A DNA stretch of 64,000 nucleotides from NCBI RefSeq assembly GCF_963921235.1, contig NC_086108.1, positions 59,584,001-59,648,000 on the forward strand. Direction: 5' to 3'. The DNA is from Mobula hypostoma (Eukaryota). The translations under genes and the position numbers were made by a program. Of this stretch, positions 1 through 13,210 are shown piece by piece (the first letter of the stretch is position 1; every line of letters starts with the position of its first letter). Below the pieces are notes generated by a model. That model had not been told where the DNA came from. It searched no databases and saw nothing but the letters and a program-made list of their open reading frames with translations.

Positions 1-743
1 AGAGCACATATGTCCAAAGATAAGTTAGCGCGTTTTTACTCGCATATTAATCCTTTCTGTGATAGATGTTCGGGGCAGATAGCCTCTTTAACTCATATGT
101 TTTGGTCTTGCCCTACTTTGGAAACTTTTTGGAGAGATATTTTCAATATTATTTCTAAGGTATTAAATATAGATATCTCTCCTCACCCTATTACTGCTAT
201 CTTTGGACTACCTAAAATTTCTAGTAATCTTTCCCCTTCAGCCCGTAGAATGATTGCATTTCTTACTTTAATGGCGAAAAGATGTATTTTACAACATTGG
301 AAAGAGCTTAATGCTCCAACTACCTTTTTTTGGTTTTCTCAGACGATTTTATGTTTGAATCTGGAGAAAATTAGAAGTAACCTTTATGATTCTTCATTTA
401 AATTTGAACAGATTTGGGGACCTTTTATTCGATATTTTCATTTAATGTAATATTTACCCTTCTTGTTTTTTTTCACTGTTTTAATGGAGGTCGGGATTGA
501 GGACGTGATTTTAAGTTTAACTCTGTTTGGTTTCAAGTTAGCCCATTGCTTTGCTTTGCTTTTAGTTAGTTGCACGGTGGGTTTTTTTTGGGGGTTTTTT
601 TTTTCTTTTTTTCCATTGATATATATAAAATCTAGTATACTATTATGTTATCTTGGTTTCTTATGCTTAAATTACGTTGTTTGTAGTATTTTCTTTTTGG
701 TATTGTTACCTTTTGGAATTTTATTATACTTTAACATTGTATT

Positions 744-781
<38 letters not shown>
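1..781 (+). mobile_element. L1-clade LINE 3' end: ORF2 C-terminus, T-rich 3' UTR and poly(A) tail
   Basis: ORF 10..450 has the CDRC-x8-HMFWSC zinc-knuckle motif of the L1 ORF2 C-terminus and runs in from the window edge; uninterrupted A-run at 750-781. Confidence 0.85.
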
Positions 782-784
<3 letters not shown>

Positions 785-1815
785 TTCCAAGTACCCAGTT
801 TTGGTCACCACTGTAATCCCTCACCAGGACTGCTTGACCTGGAGAGAAACATTGAGCCTCCCTGTTTGAGGAACCCTCAAGTTGGCTTAGCTCTTAGGCC
901 TTCATACTCCTTCTGAGACTGGGTTTGAGCAGATCCGAGCAAAAGGCCCAAAGGATAACCCAGGAGCAGCATAATCGGTGAGTTGTTGGTTATGGAGCGT
1001 GCTGCATTGCAATACACAATGAAGAAATAAGTGAGCTTCTGATTCAGTGTCAGTGTAGTGTGTTCTGCTGACATTGCTGGCAGTGCATTCTTTAAAATCT
1101 GGACAAACTTTTCCACCAAACCATTTGTAGCTGGGTGGTATGGTATACAGTAGATGTAATATGTTGTTTTCCATTCATTTTCAGAAATGACTGAAACTGT
1201 TCCACAACAAGCTGTGGTCCATTGTCACCGACTAAGCGTTCTGGAACACCAGTCCCTGAGAAGAGTCTTCTTAACATATCAACAGTGTACAAGACTGTAG
1301 AGGAGATTTTTGGGAACTCTTCTGGCCACTTTGGAGTTGCATCTGCCACTACTAAGAAATTTATGCTCATGAATGGTCTGGCAAAATCCACACGAATCCT
1401 CTGCCAGGGCAATACGTCATTCTCAGGGAATGAGTGGCTCTGCTCTTGGCATCTTCTGGATGTGTTGGCATACTGAACAGTGCATGGCATGTTGCTCAAT
1501 CTACTGATGTGTTCCAGGGCACCAGACATAGCTTTGAGCCAACACTTTCATTTTGATCATGCATAGATAATTGATATATATCTGCTCCAACACTTTAGCT
1601 ATCAGCTTGGATCCCCACACTCAGTCTGCACATTCCAGCCATTTTGAGTTGCTATGTAGATATGAGACTGTGTGTGGTCTTTTCTGGTTTCCCTCTTCCA
1701 TAATAGGGAGACTTTTGATTTGCATTAGGGAGAATATGTTACGAGGAGTGTCCTTTTTTGTAAATTTTTCAGGTATTTCATTTTCTAAGGGCAAACAGGA
1801 CAATCCATTAGCATC

Positions 1816-2301
1816 ACACACAAAATGCTGGTGGAATACAGCAGGCCAGGCAGCATCTATAGGAAGAGGTACAGTCGATGTTTCAGGCTGAGACCCTTCA
1901 TCAGGACCAACTGAAAGAAGAGATAGTAAGAGATTTGAAAGTGGGAGGGGGAGGGGGAGATCGGAAATGACAGGAGAAGACAGGAGGGGGAGGGATGGAG
2001 CCGAGAGCTGGACAGTTGATTGGCAAAATGGATACCAGGCTGGAGGAGGGAGAGGATCATGGGACGGGAGGCTTAGGGAGAAAGAAAGGGGGAGGGGAGC
2101 ATTAGAGGAAGATACAGTGAGAGGGACAGAGGGAGAAAAGAGAGAGAGAAAGAAAGGGGAAAAAAAACCAAAAAATAATAAATAAATAAATAAATAAGGG
2201 ATGGGGTAGAAGGGGAGGAGGGGCATTAATGGAACTTAGAGAAGTCAATGTTCATGCCATCAGGTTGGAGGCTACCCAGACAGAATATAAGGTCTTGTTC
2301 C
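1816..2301 (-). mobile_element. 5'-truncated Penelope-like element (ORF end plus pseudo-LTR)
   Basis: LGSLQPDGMNIDFS C-terminus shared with the other PLE copies; TSD tccattag(c/t)atc at 1804-1815 and 2302-2313. Confidence 0.88.
1872..1909 (-). ncRNA. Minimal hammerhead ribozyme motif (AUC cleavage triplet)
   Basis: Reverse complement reads GGUC-CUGAUGA-AGG-gucucag-CCU-GAAA-CAUC-GACUG. Confidence 0.65.
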
Positions 2302-2447
2302 TCCATTAGTATCTCCATGATTAGTTGTCCATTTGAATTCGATCTTGTAATTACATCCTCCAAGAAACAGAGCCTATTTCTGCATTGATGCAATGGATGT
2401 CGGTGGAACAACCTTCTGTGGATTGAAAATGGACACCAGTAGTTGAT

Positions 2448-3387
2448 CCCACCACGAAGCACATCTTCGCCCCCCCTGCTTTCTGCTTTCCGCAGGGATC
2501 GCTCCCTACGCGACTCCCTTGTCCATTCGTCCCCCCCATCCCTTCCCACCGATCTCCCTCCTGGCACTTACCCTTGTAAGCAGAACAAATGCTACACATG
2601 CCCTTACACTTCCTCCCTTAACACCATTCAGGGCCCCAGACAGTCCTTCCAGGTGAGGCGACACTTCACCTGTGAGTCGGCTGGGGTGATATACTGCGTC
2701 CGGTGCTTCTGATGCGGCCTTCTATATATTGGCGAGACCCGACGCAGGCTGGAAGACCATTTCGCTGAACACATATGCTCTGTCTGCCAGAGAAAGCAAG
2801 ATCTCCCAGTGGCCACACGTTTGAATTCCACGTCCCATTCCCGTTCTGAGATGTCTATCCACGGCCTCCTCTACTGTAAAGATAAAGCTACACTCAGGTT
2901 GGAGGAACAACAGCTTATATTCCATCTGGGTAGCCTCCAACCTGATGGCATGAACATTAACTTCTCTAACTTCCGTTAATGCCCCACCTCCCCCTCGTAC
3001 CCCATCCATTATTTATTTATTTAATATATTTTTAAATATATTTTTTATTCCCCCCCCCTTTTTTTCCTCTCTCTCTTTTTTCTCTCTCTGTCCCTCTCAC
3101 TATAACTCCTTGCCTGCTCTCCACCCTCCAGGCTCCCCTCCCCCCTTCTCTTTCTCCCCAGGCTTCCCGTCCCATGATCCTCTCCCTTCTCCAGCTCTTA
3201 GATCCACCCCTCCCCTCCTGTCTTCTCCTATCATTTTGGATCTCCCCCTCCCCCTCCCAATTTCAAATCTCTTACTAACTCTTCTTTCAGTTAGTCCTGA
3301 TGAAGGGTCCCCGCCTGAAACGTCGACTGTACCTCTTCCTATAGATGCTGCCTGGCCTGCTGCATTCACCAGCAGTTTTTGTGTGTT
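2448..3387 (+). mobile_element. 5'-truncated Penelope-like element (Cys linker, GIY-YIG, pseudo-LTR)
   Basis: CKQNKCYTC..GVIYCVRC..YIGET; TSD accagtag(t/c)tgat at 2435-2447 and 3388-3400. Confidence 0.9.
3292..3329 (+). ncRNA. Minimal hammerhead ribozyme motif
   Basis: UAGUC-CUGAUGA-AGG-guccccg-CCU-GAAA-CGUC-GACUG; stem I UAGUC/GACUG, stem II AGG/CCU. Confidence 0.8.
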
Positions 3388-4939
3388 ACCAGTAGCTGAT
3401 GGTTAGTAATAAGGGTAAACTCTCTTCCATGCAAGTACTGGTTGAAACATTTTACAGGCCAAACCAGACTCAAGGCCTGTCTATCAATCTGTGCAGAATT
3501 TTTCTCTGCAGCAGTAAGGGAATATGATGCAAATTTCTATGGGACATTCACTTCCATCACTCATTACCTGTGACATGACTGCACCTATACCATAAGCCGA
3601 GGTGTCACAGGAAAGCTTCACTGGATGACATGGATCATAATTAGTGAGTACAGTGTCTGACATCACCATTCAGGGCACTCTGAAAGGGGAGGGTGAGCAG
3701 CCAGCTGTCATGGTGCATGTAGGTACTAACGATATAGGAAGAAAGTGGGATGAGTTCCTACAAGCTGAATTTACAGAGCTAGGAGATAAATTAAAGAGTA
3801 GGACCTCAAAGGTAATAATCTCATGATTATTACCGGTGCCACGTGCTAGCCAGAGTTGGAATAGCAGGATAGCTAGAATGAACATGTGGCTTGAGTGGTG
3901 ATGCAGGAGGGAGGGTTTCAGATTCTTGGGGCATTGGAACCACTTGAGGGGGAGGTGGGACCAGTACTGTCCAGACAGTCTACATTTGGGCAGGGCCGGG
4001 ATCAATATCCTATGGAGATTGTTTGCTAGGGCTGTTGGGGAGGCTTAAAACTAACATGGCAGGGGGATGGGAGCCAGTACAGAAAAGAAGAGGGAAGTGA
4101 TGCAGAGACCAAAGCTAGAGTTAGTGTAGAAAAAAGTAAGAGTAGAGTGCATAAAAGTAAAAAGCAAAAATCACATAGGTCACTAGATTCTAAAAGGATA
4201 ATGGGTATAAGGGCACTTTTTCTAAATGCCCATAGTATCAGAAACAAGATTAGTGAACTTGCGACACAGATCAGTACCAAGGCATATGATTTAGTGGCCA
4301 TTACAGAAACCTGGTTGCAAGGTGGAGATGACTGGGAATTGAATATCCAAGGCTATCAGGTAATACAGAAAGATAGGCAGGAAGGCAAAGGAGGTGGGAT
4401 GGCACTCTTAATTAAGGATGAGATAAGGGCGATTGTGAGAGATTATGGAGCAGAATGTTGAGCATCTGGGTAGAGATTAAGAATAGTAAAGGGGAAAAAA
4501 ATCACTGGTGGGAGTTGTCTATAGGCCACCTAATAAAAATATTGCAGTGGCAGAGGTGATGAACCAAGAAATAACTGAGGCTGTAAGAACGGAACGGCAG
4601 TTGTCATAGGGGATTTTAACTTCCAAATAGATTGGGTGAATCAGGTTGGTCAAGGAAGTCTTGAGGAGGACTTCATAGAATGTATCTGTGATAGCTTTCT
4701 TGAGCAGTATGCTAGTGAACCTACAAAGGAAAATGCTATCTTAGATCTAGTCCTGTGCAATGAGACAGGTAAGGACGATCTTGTAATCAGGAATCCTCTT
4801 GGAAAGAGTGATCATAGTATGATTGAATTTCACATACAGATGGAGGATGAAATAGTTAGATCTAAAACTAGTGTATTATGCTTGAACAAGAGAGACTACA
4901 ACAGGATGAGGGAGGAGTTGGCTAATGTTGATTGGGAGC

Positions 4940-5531
4940 TCTCTCTCTCTGGCTATCCATCCCATTGGATGATGATGGTTCCTTTCAGTCAGTTAGTGGG
5001 GTTTGATATGTGTGTCCTGGAGCAGCTGTACAGGCTGATCCTTGACAGACACTGCTTGCCACACACTTGGCAGGTGAGGCCTGGAGGGGCAGCAGGGCCA
5101 GAAGCTCTATTGTGGCGCTTCCTGTGCCTTTCCTCCCTTGCCTTGTTGAGCTTGTTCTCAGCAGTGTCCACGCCTTTTCTGATGGCGTCCCTCCACCGTG
5201 AGCGATCTTGAGCCAGATCCTCCCGTGTTGATGGGGCAACGTCAGTTTTCTTGAGGCTCCTGTGCAGAACATCCTTGGACCATAGTCGCTGGCCTCCTCA
5301 TTTTCGGGTACCACTGGACAGTTGGCCATACAAGATGTACTTGGGCAGTCTTCCGTCAGGCATTCTGACAACATGTCCTGCCCAGCGCAGCTGAGCTGAC
5401 ATCACCAAGGTTGAAACTGCTGGCGTTCCGGCTCGAGAGAGGACCTCGGTATTGGAGACCTTGTCTCGCCAGGTGATCTTCATCAGAGAACGCAGGTGAC
5501 GTTGCTGCAGTTGGTCAAGCTGGCGTACGTG
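4940..5531 (-). mobile_element. RTE/BovB-like LINE 3' fragment nested in CR1
   Basis: ITWRDKVSNTEVL..LRWAGHVVRMPDGRLPK..YGQL and C-terminal CQVCGKQC zinc finger; (AG)n tail at ~4938-4950. Confidence 0.85.
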
Positions 5532-5989
5532 AGCACAAGCTATTTGGTAGGACAGTTGAGGAACAGAGGAATACTTTCAAAGAGATTTTTCACAGTGCTC
5601 AACAAAAGTATTTCAGTCAAAAGTAAGGACAGTAAGTGTGGGGAGAGCCAGCCTTGGATAACTAAGGAAATAATAGATTGTATCAAATTAAAAGCTCTTG
5701 TGTACAAAGTCGCAAAGAGTAGTGGGAGACTGGAGGATTGGGAAAACGCTAAAAAGCAACAAAGAGCAACTGAGCAAGAAATAAGGAAACGGAAGCTAGA
5801 GTATGAAGTTAAATTAGCACAAAATATAAAAACAGATAGCAGAAGTTTTCATAAATATATATAAAGTGGAAGAGGGTGGCTAAAGTTAACGCAGGTCCCT
5901 TGGAAGACGAGAAGGGGAAATTGATATTGGGTGATAAGGAAATGGCTGAGGCATTGAACAACTATTTTGTGTCGGTCTTCACGGTGGAA

Positions 5990-7029
5990 CTACTACTACT
6001 ACGTCGATTCAGGCCTACAGGGCTGGCATCGGGTAGGATGACAGACGCTCCACTTCTCCCTCTCCCTCATCAGTGTGTTCAGTTCATCTACATTAGCTGT
6101 GCCGCTGTCTTCTAGGAGCGTGTTGACCATAGACTTGGGAGGGAGCCCAGGGTTCATCCTCCCATGCTTGGGCTCCCATATGATGACTAGGCTGGCAGGT
6201 AGCTCAGAGTGGTGTAGACAGTGCCCCGCTAGTTGCAGTCTTCTCACCTCGATTTTAGTGGTGAGCATCGGTAGGTCATTATAGAGCTCGACGTTCATCA
6301 CGTGCTGTTGCCAACTCACGTCAAGAGCCATCCGGAGCATTTGTGTATAGCAACTATCGAGAGACTTTCGCATAGTCTTGGTGAGTGTCCACGTCTCACA
6401 TCCGTACGTGAGAATAGACTCTATGACTGCTATGAAAATCCTCTTTTTAAGCCCCCAGTCAGGTTCGACGTCCAGATTTCCTTCATGTCATTCATAGCCC
6501 TCCACGCCAGCGCCTTCCATACCTTTATGTCCTTCTCTGAACTCATCATTCTTGACCCGAGGTACTTGTAGTCAAAGACTTTCTTGATGGTATCATTCTC
6601 TATGGTCTTGTGAGTACCTTTGTCGCAGTTAAATGCCATGTACTCTGTCTTTTTAGTGTTTAGGTGAAGTCCAACTTTATTGCATTCTATTTCCACTTTT
6701 AGTAGCTGCTGTGCTTCCTCCATCTGGTCAGAGAGCAGGACTATGTCATCTGCAAAATCAAGATCTGTGAGTGTAAATGGTCTGACCCGTTTGGTTCATC
6801 CTGATTTATGGTTAAACCAAGCTTGTCATGATCTTTGGTAGCTTGACGCAGAGTGTAATCAAGGACGATTATAAAAATGTAGGGTGCCAGAGTGTCTCCT
6901 TGCAACACACCAGCTAGGAGCTCAAACACTACTGTTTCTCCGTCTAGTGATACAACTTTTGCCTTGGTTTTGGTATAGCTGGACTCTATTGCTCTCAGTA
7001 AATGGTCTGGCACTCTGTAAGCTTTCCAC
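5990..7029 (-). mobile_element. RTE-clade LINE 3' fragment (second family) nested in CR1
   Basis: GVLQGDTLAPYIFIIVLDY, GLHLNTKKTEYM, YKYLGS, RRLQLAGHC; (TAG)n tail at ~5990-6002. Confidence 0.82.
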
Positions 7030-8254
7030 ATGGAGGACACATCTAATATGTCGAAGAATGATGTTATGGAACAAATGGGAGGTGAGGACCTCGATAAAAT
7101 CACTGTCAGTAAAGAGATAGTGAAGAGCAAATTAGAGGGCCTGTTGGTAGATAAGTCCCCTGGTCCTGATGGGATGCATCCCAGGGTGCTGAGGGAATTG
7201 GCGGAGGTTATAGTAGACGTGTTGGTTATCATTTATCAAAACTGTCTCGACTCTGGGCAGGTCCCTGCGGATTGGAAGTCAGCAAATGTCACGCCACTTT
7301 TTAAAAAAGGATGTAGGCAAAAGATGGGCAACTATAGGCCAATTAGCTTAACATCTGTAGTCAGGAAAATGCTTGAAGCTGTCATTAAGGGAGAAATAGC
7401 AAAACATTTAGAAAAGAGTGGTTCCATTAGACAGACGCAGCATGGATTCAGAAAGGGCAGGTCCTGGTTGACAAACTTACTGGACTTCTTTGAGGACATA
7501 ATGAGTGCAGTGGATAGAAGGGAACAGGTGGATAATGTATACTTGGATTTCCAGAAGGCGTTCGATAAGGTGCCACACAAGAGACTTATAAATAGGATAT
7601 GGATGCATAGAGTCGGAGTAAGTGTATTGGCATGGATAGTGGATCCATTAACCAATAGAAGGCAGACAGTTGGTATAAATAGGTGTTTCTCCGGTTGGCA
7701 GTCAGTGGTGAGTGGGGTGCTAGGCCTGCAGCTGTTTACCATTTACACTGATTTGGAAGAGGGGACTGAGTGTAGTGCATCAAAATTTGCTGATGACGCT
7801 AAATTGAGTGAAAAAGCAAATTATACGGAGGATGTGTAGAGTCTGCAGAGGGATATAGATAAGTTAAGTGAGTGGGCCAAGGTCTGGCAGATGGAATACA
7901 ATGTTGGTAAATGAGAGATCATCCACTTTGGAAGGAGTAATAGAAGAGCAGATGATTATTTAAATGGTGAAATATTGCAGCATGTTGTTGTGCAGAGGGA
8001 CTTAGGAGTGCTTGTGCACGAATCGCAAAAAGTTGGCTTGCAGGTGCAACAGGTTATTAAGAAGGCAAGTGGAATGTTGGCCTTCATTGCTAGAGGGATT
8101 GAATTCAAGAGCAGGGAGGTATGCCATTCACATACTTTTACATATAACCCATAATTCATTATGTAACCATCAAAGAATGCTAAATGAAACATTATATTTA
8201 CTGCATTACTCAAATATTACTGAAATATTAAATACACAATACTATACACTACTC

Positions 8255-8722
8255 TGGACTGCTTTTCATCTACCACTTCTTTGCCCATTCTCCTAATCCA
8301 TCTAAGTCCTTCTGTAGACTCCCGGTTTCCGCAACACTGCCTGCTCCTCTATTTATCTTTGTATCATCCGCAAGTTTGGTCACAAAACCATCAACTTCAT
8401 TATCCAAATGATTGATATTTAATGTGAAAAGAAGCTCCCCCAACACTGACCACTGTGGAACACTACAACTCATCAGCAGCCAACCAGAAAATTCCCCTTT
8501 TATTCTCACTCTTTGCCTCTTACTAGTCAGCCAATTCATGTTGGTCTCTTACTTAGCTGTCTCATGTGCAGCACCTTGGTCAAAAGCTGTCTGAAAATCC
8601 AAGTGAACAACATCCACTGCCTCTCTTGTCCATACTGCCTGCTGTTTTCTCAAAGAATTCCAACAGATTTGTCAGGCAAAATTTCCCCTTAAGTAAACCA
8701 TATTGACTTTGACCTATTTTAT
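8255..8722 (-). mobile_element. Older CR1 RT fragment
   Basis: VPQWSVLG..KLADDTKI and CLTNLLEFFE on the minus strand. Confidence 0.8.
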
Positions 8723-10125
8723 CATAAGACCATAAGACCATAAGATATAGGAGCAGAAGTAGGCCATTTGGCTCAACAAGTCTACTCCACCATTCAATCA
8801 TGGGCTGATCCAATTCTTCCAGTCATCCCCACTCCCCTGCTTTCACCCCATACCCTTTGATGCCCTGGCTAATCAAGAACCTATCTATCTCTGCCTTAAA
8901 TACACCCAATGACTTGGCCTCCACAGCCGCTCGTGGCAAAAAAACCTCTGACTAAAGTAATTTTTCCATATCTCAGTTCTAAAAGAACGTCCTTCAATCC
9001 TGAAGTCGTGCCCTCTTGTCATAGAATCCCCTACCATGAGACATAACTTTGCCATATCTAATCTGATCAGGCCTTTTAACATTCAGAATGTTTCTATGCT
9101 ATCCCCCCTCATTCTCCTGAACTCCAGGGAATACAACCCAAGAGCTGCCAGACGTTCCTCAAATGGTAACGCTTTCATTCCTGGGATCATTCTTGTGAAT
9201 CTTCTCTGAACCCTCTCCAACGTCAGTGTATCCTTTCTAAAATAAGGAGCCCAAAACTGCACATAATACTCCAAGTGTTGTCTCACGAGTGCCTTATAGA
9301 TCCTCAACATCACATTCCTGCTCTTATATTCTATACCTCTGAAATGAATGCCAACATTGCGCATTCGCCTTCTTCACAACCGACTCAACCTGGAGGTTAA
9401 TCTTTAGTCCCTTTGTATCTCTGCATTTTGAATGCTCTCCCCATCTAAATAATAGTCTGCCCACTTATTTCTTCAAACAAAGTGCATGGCCATACACTTT
9501 CCCACATTGTATTGCATTTGCCACTTCTTTGCCCGTTCCCCTAAACTATCTAAGTCTCTCGGCAGGCTCTCTGTTTCCTCAACACTACCTGCTCCTCCAC
9601 CTACCTTTGTATCATCGGCAAATTTAGCCACAAATCCATTAATACCGTAGTCTAAATCATTGAAATACATCATAAAACGTGGCAGTGGTCCCAACACCAA
9701 CCCCTGTGGAACTCTACTGGTAACCGGCAGCCAGCCAGGATAGGATCCCTTTATTCCCACTCTCTGTTTTCTGCCGATGAGCCAATGCTCCACTCACACT
9801 AGGAACTTCCCTGTAATTCCATGGGCTCTTATCTTACTAAGCAGCCTCCTGTGTGGCACCTTGTCAAAGGCCTTCTGAAAATCCAGGTTCACTATGTCTA
9901 CTGCATCTCCTTTGTCTGCCCTGCTTGTAATTTCCTCAAAGAATTGCAATAGGTTTGTCTGGCAGGATTTTCCTTTCAGGAAACCATGCTGGTTTTGGCC
10001 CATCATGTCATGTGCCTCCAGGTATTCTGTAATCTCATCCCTAACAATTGATTCCAACAACTTCCCAACCACTGATGTCAGGTTGACAGGTCTATAGTTT
10101 CCTTTCTGCTGCCTCCCATCCTTCT
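8723..10125 (-). mobile_element. 5'-truncated CR1 LINE with 3' UTR and (TCTTATGG)n tail
   Basis: LDFQKAFDKVPH, KFADDTK, HLEYYVQFWAPY; tandem cataagac at 8723-8745. Confidence 0.92.
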
Positions 10126-11135
10126 CAAATAACAGAGTATCGATAGATTTTTTTGAAACATCTTAAAACAACGTTGCTGACTGACTGGATTTCAGCTTTA
10201 GTGGTCTTAATTAGGAATATTTGATGATACTCAGTGGAGCTGCACACAGAGCCACCACTTTTTGGCATCAAATCTTCAGGACTCTTTAGACAGTAGTTAG
10301 TAGAATTCAGGAAGTCACTGATGGTAAAGGTGGTAGAGGTGGAAGCCCACGTCACACTTGAACTTGAAGATATACAGGGCTATGGTTCAAGTGTTGGAGG
10401 CTGGAACTAAGCTAGGTGACACTTTTTTGACCCATGTCTCCTTAACTGCTAGAGCTATTTTTGAACAATAGGTTGGAAATCTCAAAACTCTACAGCAATT
10501 TGGAATGGTGGCAAGTCTATTAATTAATAACTTTATGGTTTTGAACAAAGGTGGCTCTGTATCATACGGTTTTTTTCCCCTGTGGTTCAGAGATAAAAAG
10601 TTGTCTAGACATTGAAAAACACCTACTATATTTTTGAAAAGCTAAATCATCTTTGTATTTAGTGCCAGCATCAAATTAGGATCTCCCAAAAGCATTGATA
10701 AGTTGCTGGAAGGATTAGCGTGGTTTCCACCTGAAAATATACACTAAAACATAACTTGTGTTTTTCCCAATAGAAACACTTTCAAATGGATGCAACTGCC
10801 AATGTTTCACTGTGTAGGAATCACTGAAGGGTAACAGAACTTTAAGACACAGTTCCCTTGGCGGTTCAGACTGCAGCATAATTCTGGCTGCTGCAAACCA
10901 AGAGCAAAATCCAGTGGTGGGCTCTGAAGGAATTTGTTAATCAGAAGATATATATTTGCCAGAAACAGCGTGAAGCCAACAAGAAGTGATTGGACAAGTA
11001 TGAAACCTGTAAAACAATTGCAATTGATGGGGGAAAAGGAACATGGTTATGAAGATAAATGTAGCTGAGTAAAGCCAGCAGAGTCTGGAGAGGATCATAA
11101 GTGCCAACATGGACTAGTTGGGCCAAAAGACCAAT

Positions 11136-11367
11136 TTTTGTCTCACGTCACAGATAATCCTTTAATGTATCGATATATTTATTTTAGAGCAATGACCACC
11201 CCCTTCGCACTATGTATGGATTGTTGTCTAGCATGCATACTGATCTGTCGTCTATGCATGTCCATTGCTTCCTCTCTCAGTGTAATGCGAATACATCAGT
11301 TAAAGCTGTATTCCGCGTGTGTGCTTTTATTTAATATGTATGTATGTAGTTGTGCACAGACACAACA
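11136..11367. mobile_element. Candidate short solo LTR splitting an old CR1 3' end
   Basis: Ends in gacacaaca with a degenerate inverted match ttttgtctc at the left end; no clean TSD. Confidence 0.3.
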
Positions 11368-11919
11368 AATTCTGTGTAATTGAGTACGGTGTGATTGCAC
11401 TGAGGAAAAGTTCTCCGATTTTAAAAATGAGCTTGGAAATCTTGGTGCATGAATTACTGGAGGGAGATTTTGTGCATAAGACAGATGGAGATGGTGGCAG
11501 TGTGCAGTTCAGGGCAGGGCAGGAATAGGAGTCCTGCAAAAGTCACTTTAGAAGAGTTTGGCTCTGAGTGGCAAGTGTAGTCTTCCCCAAAGTGAGACTT
11601 TCAATGCCACAAGCTCCATAAGGTCAAAGGTAAGATCCACGCACGAAAAATGCTACTTTTATAGTCACGCACACACTCTTTCACAGAAATACGCTGGCTC
11701 TTTTACATTTCCACACACTATCGCAAACATTGAATCACAGTCAACAAACTGTTACTCCAACCATATGTCCCACTCTTATTATCACTCCACCCTTATGCTC
11801 TCATAGCCATTTTATACCCTCTAATCTCTATGTAGAGGTCAAGTTGCCAAAAGGCAGACTCATGAAAAAAAAACAACTCCAGTTAGGCTAAGGCAGAGAG
11901 AAATAGATGAGAGCCTCCT

Positions 11920-13210
11920 GCCTTAATGTTCCAGGTTTTCTACGATTTAGAAAAGATAGAGGTGGAAGTAAAAGGTGAGGGAGTTGCACTACTAATCAGG
12001 GACAAAATCACAGCTGCACTCAGGGCAGACATAATGGAGGGGTCAGACACTGCATCCATTTGGGTAGAACTCAGAAAAAGGAAGGGTGTAATTAAACTGA
12101 TGGGATTGTACTACATACCCCTCAATAGCCACCGGGACGTTGAGGAACAGATATGTAATCAGATTAAGGAAATCAGTAAAAATTGGTTGTTGTCATAGGG
12201 GATTTCAGCTTCCCTAATATAAGTTGGGAACAGTTTAGTGCAAGGGCTTTAGAGAAGGCAGAATTTGTTAAGTGTATTCAGGAATGTTTCTTAAATCAGT
12301 ACGTGGAGAGCCCAATGAGAGGAGGGACAGTATTGGACCTGGTATGGGGTAAAGAGCCTGGCCAGGTGATTGACCATTCAGTGGGTGAGCAGTTAGGGAA
12401 CAGTGACCACAGCTCTTTAATTCTCAGGATAGCTAAGGATAAGAACAGGTATGGTCCTTGCCGGAGAGTTTTAAATTGGAATAGGGCAAATTATGAGGAC
12501 ATTAGGCAGGAACTAATAAGAGTTTATTGGAAACACCTTTTTTTCCTGGCAAGTCCTCATCAGACATGTGGAGCATGTTTAAAGGTCAATTGCACAGAGT
12601 ACAGGAAAGGTATATTCTGTTAGAAGAAGGGACAGGAATGGAAAGATAAGAGAACCCAGAGAGGTGATGAATATAGTCAAGAAGAAAAAGGAAAATTATG
12701 TAAAACTTTGGAAGTTAGAATCAAATGAAGTCCATGAGGAGTATAAAGAAGCTGGAAAAGAACTAAAGAAAGGAATTAGGAAAGTCAGGAGGGGTCATGA
12801 AAAGTTCTTGGCAAGTAGGATTAAGGTGAATTCCAAGGCATTCCAGACATACATGAAAGGCAAGAGGATAACTAGGGAGAGGGTGGGACCACTCAAAGAT
12901 AAAGGAGGGAGGGGAATATTTGCTTGGATGTACAGAATGTGAGTAAGTCACTTAATGAGGATTTTGCTTCAGTACTTACCGAGGATGTAGAGGTCCAGGA
13001 GATCAGTGTTGAGTGTATAAATGTGTTAGGGCATTTAGAGGTCAAACAGGTGGAAGTGTTGATCCCCCTAATGGTTATTAAAGTAGATAAGACCCCTGTG
13101 CATGATGGAATTTATCCCATGTTATTGAAGGAGGCAGAGACAAAACTCCTGGGGCCTTGAGCAGTATCTTTGTGTCCTCTCTGGTCATAGGCAAGGTCCT
13201 GGAGGACTGG
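11920..13210 (+). mobile_element. CR1 ORF2 fragment (APE endonuclease to start of RT)
   Basis: GVALLI, IGDFSFPNISW, LDLV, SDH, KVDKTP..DGIYP. Confidence 0.87.

Larger units (their letters stand above)
790..3670 (-). mobile_element. Degenerate Gypsy LTR-retrotransposon pol fragment (RNase H to integrase), interrupted by two PLE insertions
   Basis: Minus-strand peptides VLTNYDP..LSCDTSAYGIGAVMS (3484-3669), DANGLS (~1800) and integrase core PWQRIRVDFARPF..VPERLVGDNGPQ (1092-1529); stops and frameshifts; reading resumes across both inserts. Confidence 0.88.
3671..8120 (+). mobile_element. CR1 LINE (ORF1 esterase end, APE endonuclease, RT), degenerate, with two nested RTE insertions
   Basis: VHVGTND (ORF1); NAHSIRNK, AITETW and SDH (APE); KSPGPDG, NYRPISLTS, YLDFQKAFDKVPH and KFADD (RT, ORF 7030..7839). 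Confidence 0.92.

Noticed and set aside
463..816. Hydrophobic 117 aa ORF resembling a membrane protein
   Set aside because: It is the translation of the T-rich L1 3' UTR and poly(A) tail.
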